64,000 bases of DNA from Antedon mediterranea. Its lineage: Eukaryota > Animalia > Echinodermata. Within the stretch, counting starts at the first letter, position 1. The number at the start of each line of letters is the position of its first letter. Location: positions 34,770,388-34,834,387 of the forward strand of contig NC_092670.1 of the NCBI RefSeq assembly GCF_964355755.1, given 5' to 3'. The position numbers were made by a program, and so were the translations under genes. Under the pieces are notes generated by a model. It saw only the letters and a list, made by a program, of their open reading frames with translations. It was not told where the DNA came from and did not search any database. Below are positions 52,101 to 64,000 of the stretch, one piece after another.

Positions 52101-53999
52101 CAAGCACAGAAACTCTACACAATATAGATCTAGGCCTATCTATAGATATTATAGATCAGTAGCACCCTATATACTGTATCATTTAACTATATTATTAACT
52201 CTTAGAGTATTTTGATAATAATCGAAACCAAATATTACCTTTTTTAGTCGAGATGTATCAGTATATCGCCTGTAACAGGTAGCATGAAAACCTAAGCCTG
52301 GATGCTCGCGTACGACATCGTCAAACGATTTACCTTCATCAGACATACCAAGAAGCTCCGTCAAATGTATGGCGATTTCCTTGCCGTCTCCATCTAATTT
52401 TATCCAACTCTTTGGACAGAGCAACACTTTATTCCATCGAATCTCAGTAATTGGACTGATAATTTCATTTGAATGCTTGTAAATTTGGAAAAAACAGTTC
52501 AACTTTACTTTGTCTGAGCGAGAAGATCCTTCCTCGTCGGACGCCATTTCGTGTTTACATCGTGTGATTTTGACGTCTGCTGCCTAAACGTCGCGTATGA
52601 TTGGTTTAACTGATGTCATGTGATACAAAATGGCAACTGCGAAAATATATTCTTTTATACTTTTAAAATCAAGATTTCTTTAAAATGTCAGGAAAATTTT
52701 CGTGGAACTTTTTAATACGTGATTAATTTATTTTTATGTATATGAATCAAGAGAGTTCACTTATTATGCTTAATGAGGAACAAGAAAAAATGTTTTCATC
52801 TTCACCGTAAGGCCTAGTGAGTGGTATTACACCAGTGAATGAGTCTGTCAACATCATCTTGTAACAACAACATATTATTTAAGGTTTGTATAGACTTAAA
52901 TAATTTAATATCTTCAGCAAACATAAGAACAAACATTACAAAACATTAGAATAATGAGGAACAATGGAAAAATCGTTGATAAACATAACAAAAAAAGAGG
53001 CCCCAAAATTGGTCCCCTTGCCATTTGAGTTGTCGGGAGCTTCACATTTAACTATTTAATAACAGCCCTTTTATCTCGGGTAGATTAAATTCTCCTAAAA
53101 GCATATCATGGTTGGTGTTGTCAGAGGGTAGGGAAAAAGTTGTTATAAAGTAATTGGATTTGGGTGTGCAAGTATAGTATGTTTGTGAATATCAATTCGA
53201 CTGAAAGACAATTTGTAATAATTTCGGGGGAGGGGGGGGGGGGGTGTTTGTCAGAGGGTAGGGAAAAAGTTGTTATAACGTAAATGGGTTTGGTTGTTGT
53301 TGAGAAGAGATAGATTCATGTTTGGAAAAATAATAAATTTAAATAATAATTTTAAAACAATTTTTAAGAATATTGCACTTCATTGCCACACTTTTTTTTT
53401 CTTATGCATTGAAATGCTTATACTGATTTTTTATGAAAAAAAAACATTAAAAAAATTATAAAAAATTACCATGTTGACGAATTTTAATTATTTTTGTGTT
53501 ATTAAATTTCTATTTTTTCCTTCATTTTTTGATGTATGATTCGATCTGTTTCAATAAGTTTGAATTTTTATGTTAGGTACCTATTAAAGTATTACTAGCC
53601 TCTAGGCGCAGCTACCTAATTCGGAACCTAGCTAGCCTAGATAGCTAGGCCGAGCATATTAAATTTACAATATTAATTCCTAGGTAGGGCCTAGGCCCTA
53701 GGCTAGTTTAGTATTATTTGTATGTAGGTCTAGGCTAGGCCTAGCTAGGTTCTAGGCTTGGTTCTAGCTAGACCTACTTACTTTCTTTTTATATGGTAGG
53801 GTCTACTAGTACTTAAGTGCACTTTCCACTTTCATCCATAGAATAGAGCACTATAATATCTTTATGTCCATAGTAAGATTAAATATCTAGGCCTAGGCCT
53901 AGGATACACGGATGATACTCAGCAGGCAACAGCCATCAACCGCCGCAGAAAGGGAGGGGTTAGACCTGGGTTATTATAGTCGTGTTTAACACTTACCAT
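46107..53999 (-). CDS. PSMB3: Proteasome subunit beta 3 (exons 53999-53997, 47760-47576, 47377-47270, 46768-46591, 46390-46296, 46155-46107)
   Basis: M|[32 protein letters not shown]; [13 protein letters not shown]; DLIGCP; DRDAVSGWG; RTLKGRMD*. The ATG-only first coding exon (ATG followed by gtaagt) is inferred. Confidence 0.92.
49339..52816 (-). mobile_element. Internally deleted Academ-like DNA transposon with an intron-containing ORF relic
   Basis: TIR TAGGCCTTACGG(C/T)GAAG(C/A)TGAAA plus a shared subterminal gttcctcat.aagcataata; exon-like ORFs 52547-52179 ([10 protein letters not shown]), 51622-51800, 51099-51320 and 50603-50870 ([12 protein letters not shown]). No clear TSD; family is inferred from recalled motifs. 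Confidence 0.65.
49985..50272. repeat. AT-rich minisatellite (tatattctcatggttaca core)
   Basis: About 10 copies of 23-30 bp; explains the spurious hydrophobic ORFs here. Confidence 0.85.
52817..53100 (-). mobile_element. LINE reverse transcriptase relic
   Basis: Minus-strand [12 protein letters not shown] and [27 protein letters not shown], matching degenerate RT motifs. Confidence 0.7.
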
Positions 54000-54333
54000 G
54001 TTGAAAATAATTTATTCTTTCACTCCTAATGAGTCAAAAGACTTATATTCAAATAACTTGACGACTTTTTAGCAATAGCACACTTAGATTGCAACAGATT
54101 TTTAAATTACAAATGTCTTCGCTACCAACTCAAAAATGTTAACTCATTCGAGAATAAAGAGGGCAGTATAACCAAAACAATCACACTTTGTGGCACGTGA
54201 TTCAACAATTCGAAAAGTCACCTGTTTTGTCATGTTTTCTTTTAATTTCAATTCATTCATTCTTCGAGTGGAGTGGCTCGATTTTTACTTTACAGTATAT
54301 TTCTTTAAAAAGTGATAGCAATTTGAGCCAAAC

Positions 54334-57300
54334 ATGGCATTTTTCAAGGTACTTTTGCTTTAAATTATAATATACAGTAATTAACAATTAATAATATTAA
54401 TAGGCCTATTTATTAAAATTTATAAAAAGTCTAAACTTTTTAGATACAGATTACAGTACAGTATAGCCTACCTACCTAGCTAGGCTCTAGGGCCTACGCC
54501 TACTACTAGTACTACTAGAGGTAGGCCTGTGAGTGTGTAGCTATTAATATTATTTTGATAACTATTGTTCATGGAGGTATAGGCCTAGGCCTATATCATT
54601 AATATTAAATATTATTAATTATAAAAAATAACCTGAATAGTTGCATTCCGCCACCACCAGGTGTAACCACAGCAAAGATATAACTGACGTGGAAATGTGC
54701 CGATTATTAAATTTATAAATTTCATGCACATATACAGTGCATATAGTTATGTTTTTGGGTTTTTTTTGTCTTATGTAGGATCGACCCACTTTTATTTCTT
54801 CATCAATAAAATGTTTGTTTACAATGCATTGCACTTGAGTAATGTAATATACAATACAATATAACTGACATTTAATAACTTTCAGTACATCTTATATTTC
54901 ACTCCTACCATATAATTATAGGTAATAGTAAGGAAAGAATAAAAAAAAATTTTTTTCCTCTTTGTTATACACTCTTACACGTTTTTCAATCTTTAACAAT
55001 GTACGTATAATTTACCACAGAATTCTTTATTTTATAACTCTTTTTATCTCTTTCAGGCAATCAAAAAATAGTTATTTTACTTTACCTAAATATCAACTTT
55101 ATAAACGTTAATTTTATACCTTGCTAAATTGTTACGTCCATATCTGACCACAGTTTTTTTGCCTTTTCTTTATTTATTAAAAGCTCACAATTGATTATTC
55201 CTTCTAACTCTCAGCAGTAAACATTAACCATGGACATTTTTTAACAAGTCCAAGTCTATGTCTGACTTTACTTTTATAAATACAGAAAGTTAAAATGGAA
55301 AAAATGTCATTAATTTTGACATCTAATCATATTTTCCAAGTACAATTTTCTAGTTTTTTTAGTCTAGTTATGTTTATTTAATAAAAATATTAATGATTAC
55401 GCCATGCCTATTTTGTCAGTTGCGATGTAGTCCAATAAATGATAAGTAGGATTACAGAATAATTGATTTAAAAATGTTGAAATAATTACGGTAATAGCTA
55501 AAATTGCAACAAAACAAACAATTAATTTGTTTTTTTTCACATACAGTTTATGTTAAGTCTGCTGGTTTTACTCTGTAATATAAATTGTCTACATAGTTTG
55601 CGAATTCTTTACCCGAATCATCCGCAACATACGCTGAAAGCAAAGCAGAGTATAGATCCCGGCAAACCGTTGATCCTGACCCCGTACATCGAGTCTGGTA
55701 ATATTGATGAAGGTAAAGACAATTGACGAAAACAAATACCGTATTATTTACCTGAAAAAAACTGTAATTGAAAGCAAAAAACAGTCAAATTGGCTGCCAG
55801 CCAATAGGTTTTTGGTTGAATTTAAGAATTTATTTTGTCAATTTATAAGTGAAAATTTTTTTTTTTTTTTCTACAAAAGGGATTAACTTTATTAAAACTA
55901 CAAAATAGCCTACTCAAAGTCTGATTTAATTAATCTTCATTTTATAAGTGAAAACGTTTTTTTTTTTTTCTACGAAAAGTGATTTACTTTATTAAAACTA
56001 CAAAATATCGTATTCAAAGTCTGTTTTAATTAATCTTCATTTTTCATGTTTTTGGGGAACAATACATCTTTAATTGTCTAAATCTAACAAGAGGTAGCCG
56101 CAGGAATAGTGTTAATTAATAGACAAGACAAAGTTTAACACAGAAAACTAATGACAACAATAATGTTTTGAGAATGTAATTTTAAAGAAAAAGACAATAA
56201 ATTTAGACATATCTATACAAAAAATCTTTTTTTCAGGACGAAAATTGAGTTTAGTCAGTACGTTGAATTCTACCATCAAAAGCTATGCAGGTAATACTAC
56301 AAGAATATTTTTTTTTTAATGTTTAAATAAAAATTATATGCGCAGATCTAAAATCTAAAAGTATGTACAGTATCAGAACATTGGCAACAATTTACATATC
56401 TTGCATAACCAAAAATGTGAATTAAATTAATTTATTATTTCTGTTTTGCAGGATATTTTACTGTTGATAAAACTTTTAATAGTAATACATTTTTCTGGTT
56501 TTTTCCTGCTGAGGTGAGTAAAATACAATAATAATCAAATGTAATTATTTGAATGTATATGTTTGATAACATTGAGTGACCACACATAAAGCACGGTACG
56601 TGACTAGACACACATTTTAATATTATGAAACATTTTTTTCGCATTGATAATTTTTGTTTCTGCATGTTTTTTTTTCAGGTTAACTCGGAAACAGCTCCTG
56701 TGTTGTTATGGTTACAAGGGGGACCAGGAGGATCATCAATGTTTGGACTATTTTCTGAGAATGGACCATTTTATGTAACAGATGATATGAAATGTAATTA
56801 ACTAAAGTTTACTTAATTAATTATGATTTAATAATGAATTAAGAAGTGATGGTGCAGAATATGTGATAATGCAACTCTTTTAGGGATGGATTCAGGAACG
56901 TGGGGGTGGGGGTGGGGGGCAGCTGGCTCAGGCCCCTCTAAACAATTGTAATGCAGCATCTTAACCGTGCCTAATCATCCATGATACAGGCATCACATGG
57001 GATACACATGAGATGCTATATTATGGAATTTGCCTGAGATACTGGACAAATATTGTCATACAGGTGGATATACAGCGCTGGGAATCGGTTGCTTCAGATC
57101 CTAAAATTATCAGTTCAAATCCCAACTTTGGTCAACCATTTTAAAAAATTTGAATTTTTAGATGAAAAGTTTTGAAACTAAAAAGCTATTAAAATAATGA
57201 AATATTCTTTTTTAAAAACTGAAGTGAAACCAAGAGAGTGGAGTTGGACAAAAAAATATTCAATGATATACATTGACAACCCAGTGGCTACCGGCTTCAG

Positions 57301-60300
57301 TTTTACTAATGGTGGATTCGCTCAGAATGAGACCGCAGTCGGATGGAATCTTCACAGCGCCCTCACTCAGTTTTTCCAGCTATTCCCAATGTACCAGAAT
57401 AATGAATTATACCTAACTGGTGAGGTTAGTAGTGAAATGTATTTACTAACAGTAAATTTAACATAGAGTAGAAACATGAATTAAGCTGGGGTAGTAGTAA
57501 CATTTCATTTTGTTTAGCCATTTGGCGAAAGTCAAAATATTTTTTTTAGTCAAATCAGTTTATCTATAGCCAAAATGGCTAAAGTCCAATTTTTTTATTT
57601 ACCTGAATAATTCGGTCTTTTGGCGAAAATTTAAAATTGATTGATAAAATTTTAATCAATTAAGCCTATACATTGTACCCTGAGGCATTAAGAGAGAGTA
57701 AGGCCTAAATCACTGTATGATTAAAAAAAAAAATTATTTTAATGCGAGCCCATTTACGGATTAAAACAGCTTATTTGAAGGGTTAATTATTGATCTTGTC
57801 TCTTTTTTCTTTTTCTTTTGCTTACATGTCTCGTATTTGCTGGTCTCAAGAATAAGTTGTCATGTTTTTCTTGACATTTAATTAAAAAAGTTCCCTTGCT
57901 ATTTTTGTTTTGTTTATATATTGGATGTTCATTTGATTAGCAACAGCTTTAAGAACAAAGTGAACAATGATTCTTTTATTCATACATGTATAGTCACGAA
58001 TTTGGTTTTAAAATTGTAAATAGTCTTTTTTTGTAATTCTTTATTTCATTTTGTTTGTCTAAAGTTGGAGAGACACGCCATTTGGCGATAGTTGTCTTTA
58101 ACAGCTCTTGTCTCTCTTCAGTGCTCCCTTTTTTTGTTTCACTGAAAGGATTAAATAAATAAAAAAACATTTCTCATTTTCATTATTTTAATTCAGTCGT
58201 ATGCGGGAAAGTACATACCTGCTCTAGGTTTCCGCATCCACCAGGAAAACCCAAAAGCTTTTACAAAAATCAATTTAAAGGGAATGGCAATTGGAGACGG
58301 ACTGTGTGATCCTGAATCGGTAAGTAAAACATCTTTCCCAGGTTGCATTGTGTTTTTAATTTTAGGTTACATTTATAATTGAATTGAATTGTTCATCCCA
58401 GTGGCCATATTCTCCATTCTCTCCATTCATATTTAGGCAAAGAGAACCACATTAAACAATTTGAAATTCTTTTCTAAATCTTTTACTGAAGTAAAACACT
58501 CATTTTAGTATGGTTGGTACAAGTATGTGAAGTGAATCTGTCTGAACACATCTTCTGTTCTGGTAGTATTCCTAGAGGTTCTTTGATTTCTTTTTTCACA
58601 ATCTTACATTGTGTACTAATAATAAGTATTACTGTAGATGTTTCCTGCATATGGAGATTTCCTCTATCAAATTGGCGTGATGGACAACAACGAAAAGAAC
58701 TATGTGGACACTCAGATTGACACTGTTGTACAACTGATTCAAGAAAAACAATTTTTAAAAGCTAATCAGGTTAGATTTCTTCATTTTAACTTCATGAACT
58801 GAAAAGATGAAGAAAAAGTTTACTGTAAGTTAGGAAGAATGGTACCAAGTAAACACATTAATTATTCATTGTTCAATACATTTTTGGAAACTTAGGTGAT
58901 AATTTTATATAGTCATATCCATTTTCATAATTGCAATGGTATAATTTATATTTGCATAATTTACATGGCATAATCTATATTTGCACAATTTACATTTGCA
59001 TAATTTACTTTTACATAACTCACAGCATAACAAATCTCTCGTATGAGGCATAACTCACATTTGCATAACTCACATTGGAATAACTTGCATTTGAATAACT
59101 CGCATTGAAATAACCCACATTTGCATAAACTCACATTTGAGTAACTCACATTTAAATAAACCCACATTTGAATAACTCACATTTAAATAGCTCACAGCAT
59201 AACAAATCTCTTGTATGAGGCAAAACTCAAATTTGCAAACCTCACATTTGAATAACTCACAGCATATCAAATTTTCTCACGTATAAAAAAGTTTGGTTTT
59301 TTATTTTGAAAGGTGTTATCTCCCATCATTGAAGGAGGAGATTCTGGCAGGCCATCATTTTTCACAAATGTCACAGGACTCAGTAGCTACTACAATTACC
59401 TTGATGATACGGTAGGTAGACCTAAAATTTGCATGTTTTTCAAATGCGTTTTACATTAGTTGCAGGTGTTTAAATGCTTTCTGGAAAATCAAATATTAAA
59501 ATGTCTATAAATTGCCAAAAGTTTTATAAAATACATTTTTTATCAATTAATTATGAAAAATTATTGTGTGGGGATTGTTAGTAGAAGACTGTTTGTGGTG
59601 GTTGTTTGTGGGTTTTTTTTATTACCTAAAATTTATCAATATTCTATAATTGACAATTAAAAAATACCTGAATTTTAATTATAAAGCCCCCACCATTTGG
59701 AGACTATGCTGCATTTTTAAACCAAGACGAGGTTCGGAAGGCAATTCATGTTGGGACTGTTCCATTTAATAATGGGGATGATGCAGCGAACAATCTAGAA
59801 GTAGACATCACTCAGACTATTAAACCTTGGTTGGAGACTCTAGCAGACAATTACAAGGTCAGAGGTCATTTATATAACTTATTATTACTAATTTTTTTAA
59901 CTCCAGAAAGTTTGATCTATTAGTTTATGCGAGAATATTTAGTCTGTAAATACAAAATATTTGTAATAATTTTCACTTTATTATATCAGGCCTAAGTAAG
60001 TAAGTAAGTAATATTTATTGCGTTCCAAATACAGTACACATAAATAAAACAGTATAATGTAAATGAAATAAAAAGAGAAACATTAAATATAAAAATACAA
60101 GACTAGACAAGAAAATAAGCATGGAAAGCAGGGGATGGCCCTTTAAGCCCAGAGGCTTGTTTCCAAAGGGGTCCCCAACATAATAAAATAATATTACAAT
60201 AATTATACAAAAATATGGATCTATTATTATTTTATACAGTATTACAAATTAATTTAATTACATGTTAGATTTATGCCGAATTCTGATAATCATTATTATT

Positions 60301-61736
60301 ACAAAAATATCTACTATTATATACAAGAAAAGTCAATCATAATTTTAGGTCTATATAATTTGCATATTTGTTAATAAAAATTTCTTAAGAGTCCTTCTAA
60401 AACTATTGTGTGTAAAAATATTTTTTATTTCTATTGGTAATTTGTTCCACAGTGTGATTGCATTAAAAAAAAAGGTCTTACTAACAGTATAGTTATTCAT
60501 TGGAACAATAAAATTGCAATCTTTTCCTCTAGTACCATGGTTATGATTTATCCTATTAAAATTATTTAACATAAAGTCTGGACAACTTTTTGTATATATT
60601 GTCTGTACGTGTTGTAGTGTCATTTGTTCGGCCCTGGTTTTAACATCTAATAAACCAAGAAAAGTATAATCGTCTTTGGTGATATGGTATCTATTATGTT
60701 TCCCTAAGATGAATCTAATTACTTTATTTTGTGTTCTTTGAAGTTTAGTACGGAATCCGCGGTTGTACCCCAGTACCAGGTAATTTGTCAATTTTAAATG
60801 GTGTTTTCACTATGCCAATTTTGGTAAAACATATATAAATAACTAATGTATTGCATTACTACTTGTTGATAGGTTTTGATATACAATGGCCAATTAGATA
60901 TCATCGTAGCTACACCCCTTACCGAGCGCTTCCTCCTCAAGGCTTTCACGTGGAAAGGTTCAGAAGCTTTCCAAAAGGTTAAGAAGGTTATTTGGAAAGT
61001 TAACAAAGATGACAAGGACGTTGCTGGCTATGTGCGACAAGTGGATGACTTCATTCAGGTACGTAAATTGATGAATTGCCAAATGTTGACTTTATAAAAA
61101 AAGAGAAATTGTGCAAGAGAAATTGTGCAACTAAATGTTCTGTGGGAATTCATGGGAAAAGGGTGTAAATACCCTGTAATCACATTTTCATACAGTACCT
61201 TATATGTGGACCTTCGAGCCCCCAAACAATGGTAGTGTGAGTTCATGGAGGTATCAAAATAGAAACTCCATGGTGACCAGCCATAAGAAAGCATGATAAC
61301 ATACCTGAATAGATCATTGTCTTTGATTGAAGGAGGATTGTGCAACAATACTTTGACACTCTTATGTCAGAGTGCATATTCTTGTGTTACACAGTCAGCA
61401 ACCGGAATATGACGCGACGCTAGGCTGTGAGTTGAAAATCAGCATATATTGTCACGCCGTCTTTAATGGTTCTACTCTGTGTCCAATCGAATAGCCTTTT
61501 TCGAATGGTTTAGACCATGGCCTAGCCTCTTGTTAGAAATAATATTTGCCCTCATAGACATTAATTATTTGTATATACTATCAAATCCGATAAATATTTT
61601 GATTAAATAATCTAAATCAAAACTATATTTACAGGTAGTAGTGAGAGGTGGCGGACACATTTTACCTGCTGACCAACCAGAGCGGACATTTAATATGATT
61701 GATAGATTTGTATCTGGGACTCCTTTTGATGCTTGA
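54334..61736 (+). CDS. CPVL: Serine carboxypeptidase CPVL (family S10), multi-exon
   Basis: Signal peptide MAFFK|FMLSLLVLL; DPGKPLILTPYIE; WLQGGPGGSSMFGLF; YIDNPVATGFS; GE|SYAGKY; YNGQLD; GGGHILP. Confidence 0.9.
58935..59270. repeat. ~15-bp degenerate tandem repeat (taactcacatttgca)
   Basis: Directly visible repeated unit in a CPVL intron. Confidence 0.8.
59995..60791 (-). mobile_element. 5'-truncated LINE 3' end
   Basis: ORF 60351-60791 (LQRTQNKVIRFI...TFFFNAITLWNKLP) is typical of a LINE ORF2 C-terminus, followed by AATAAA and a (TTAC)n tail. Confidence 0.8.
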
Positions 61737-62102
61737 CTGAAACCTGAGCCATTCAAATATTTTTTTTAAATAGCAGCAGCTGATTCTTGAAGATGAAAAA
61801 AACCACTTTTTTCATTACAATAATTGAAATACAAATAATAGAGTAAAATTAAAAAATAATATTTTCATGATAAAATTACCAATATCATAAAAGATTAGCT
61901 TTAAATACAGTACACACACAGTGGTGTAATAGCTAGGAGCGCTCATTGGCTAAACCCAGGGTCCAGAGGAAACAGGCTTTAAAATATTTTGAAAAAGGCT
62001 GAAAACACTTGATACCTCCATCGTTGGAGAGCCACTTGGTGTTCCTAAACAAGGGGCCCAGACCGCTGTGTTGCACCACTGTACACATGCGGTACAGTGA
62101 GA

Positions 62103-62377
62103 CTAAATCCGATTTTCCACTAGATGAATTTGTTCGTGCGAGTGCTTATGAAAGCAGCATCGTAGCTCATTTCCTGAGCTCTGATTGGTTGCGCAATATT
62201 TCGCTTCGCAAAAAGTAGAAAAAATTCGAACTAGTAAATTTCACTGAAGCGAAAAAATCAAAGGAACTAGAATTCGTCGCAGGAGGAAGGATGACAGAGA
62301 GAAACTTGAATACACATGGGCATACATGACGCTTTGGATTCGCGCAAACAAATTCGCCTAGTGGAAAACCGGCTTTA
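62103..62377. mobile_element. MITE between CPVL and ENKUR
   Basis: Imperfect TIRs ccgattttccactagatgaatttgttcgtgcga and tcgcgcaaacaaattcgcctagtggaaaaccgg. Confidence 0.7.
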
Positions 62378-62817
62378 CTGGCGAACAGACTTAAACTTGC
62401 TTTATTATGGCATCCTTTTTGTATAGATAGAAACATGACTGGTACAGTTAATCATGAAGGTATTTTCTTGGGAATGCATGTCTAATATGAAGTTTTGTAT
62501 CAGCATGGTTGACCTTGCTTATGCATAGTTGACCTATAAGTTCACAATGTGTACTGTGGTACCTTTTTTGTTGCTACAAAAAATAAATTAACTTCCATAT
62601 CAATACATTTATTTACATACAACATTTAAAATTATATACATTCATTATTAATTTAGTATTTTTACATATGATATTTGTTTCAATAATGTTTTGTTAATTT
62701 AAAACAAACTTTGGTTTTTCTAAAGTGGGGAAGCTACAAACAATGGAATTATTAAATGATTAATTACAAACAGTTTTACACAATGTTGTATTTTATACAA
62801 AAAACGGTATTTGTTGT

Positions 62818-63883
62818 CTAATTTGAAATATAAATAATGTTATGTTTTTCAAGAAGCTCAATGTCTCTTTCTAATTGTTTCATTTCCGACTCCAATCGTT
62901 CCTTTCGTGCTTTTTTCGGAGCAGTGTCTGTGACCATTGATAATCCTTGGTACTGGTGATGGATTTCTTCCCAGTTTTTCTTCAGGCCGTCAATAATGCT
63001 TTTTCGTTCGTTGTCCGACAGACTTTTCATGGCACCTCTACGATAATGCTCTTTGATGTACTCATCATATTCCTCCTGCGCACGCTTCACTTCATCATTT
63101 CTCTTTGTTAGGTAATCTGGAACGTTGCCATATTTCTGCCATAAAAAAAACAAAAATGTTAATTTATTGCAAACATTTTTAAATTTACTTTAAACACTAT
63201 ACTGTACATTCCATGATATTTCATAAGAAACTTGAATATATACTTTGGGCCATAGTGAGACTCGTTTTTCACCAACCCCGCCAGAATTAGGAAGATACTG
63301 TACATATGCCCGGACAACTTCTTGAAAAACCAGATAACTGGGTTAACATCCTTTAAACTAATTAACTAGGCTAGTTAGCTGGTAAACTAGCCCATACCAT
63401 CAAAAAAATAAATTGATGCATGGCTATTTATTCATGTTTAAATATGCATGTGAACTACAAAAATAAGACTTGAATGTGAACTATTGGATTTCTATACACA
63501 AACACACCTTCATTCTGGTGTATACTGGTTTCAAACCAGATGGATCAAGAGGGTGAGTAGCCCCACGAACTGTGTCAGCAAAGTTAGCTGCCGGCTTTTT
63601 GGGAACAGACAATATATTTTCAACAGCATTTGTTTTGACAAAGTTCTTGTTCGACTTCAGACCCATCAATGGCTTCTCTGTGGCTTTCGGTACAGGAGGC
63701 CGCTTTCTGTCATCATCGCTGTATTTGAATGGCTTCGTTGTTGAAAGGTCATGTTCCCCTGAACGTCTCTTTAAAAATTCTGAAGTTTTAGGTTGTTCTA
63801 CTTTTGCTGGTCCCATTGTTTTACTTGGTGATTTGTTGGTTTTTGTCTCTTCTTTTACTCTGCCACGAAATGTTGATTTGTAC
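62818..63883 (-). CDS. ENKUR: Enkurin, last two exons (63883-63508, 63135-62818); 5' end outside the window
   Basis: RYKSTFR..KTMGPAKV; YGNVPDYL; LKKNWEEIHHQYQGLS..DTAPKKARKERLESEMKQLERDIELLEKH. Confidence 0.9.
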
Positions 63884-64000
63884 CTAAAAGAGTAAAGTAA
63901 AAAATTTAAAATATGATTCATGATGAATAAATGATTTTAGTATTAAAGCCCTTCTTAATATTATTATTATAAGTTGTTGTACCAGCCTAGCCTTACTACT

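Noticed and set aside
53590-53905. Dense taggccta palindromic clusters (also near 26780, 40190, 46450, 52040, 54480)
   Set aside because: Recurrent low-complexity motif near gene 5' ends and TEs; no boundaries or function can be supported from sequence alone.
57055-57140. tRNA-like sequence (also 61921-61970)
   Set aside because: Only partial A/B-box similarity and no cloverleaf; at most SINE relics.

Overview
AT-rich, intron-containing eukaryotic DNA, most likely from an invertebrate animal (inferred). The left ~34 kb is a tandem cluster of seven minus-strand paralogous genes with single-exon CDSs, in the order A1, B1, C, B2, A2, B3, D. They encode type I membrane proteins: signal peptide, three Ig-like domains, TM helix, and a tyrosine-motif-rich cytoplasmic tail. 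Three have uninterrupted ORFs and four are disrupted. The cluster shows chimeric copies, domain triplication, tail repeats and TE insertions: a Helitron-like element, an Academ-like element, MITEs, and a full-length DIRS1-type retrotransposon that itself carries a Tc1/pogo-like MITE. The cluster lies immediately 5' of the last four ERCC3/XPB exons, and I found no earlier XPB exon in the window, so it may be nested antisense in a >34 kb XPB intron. The right half holds ordinary spliced genes: ERCC3 3' end, CISD3, SPAG6, PSMB3 (decayed Academ-like transposon and LINE relic in intron 1), CPVL, and the ENKUR 3' part. All coordinates were read by eye and no database searches were run.
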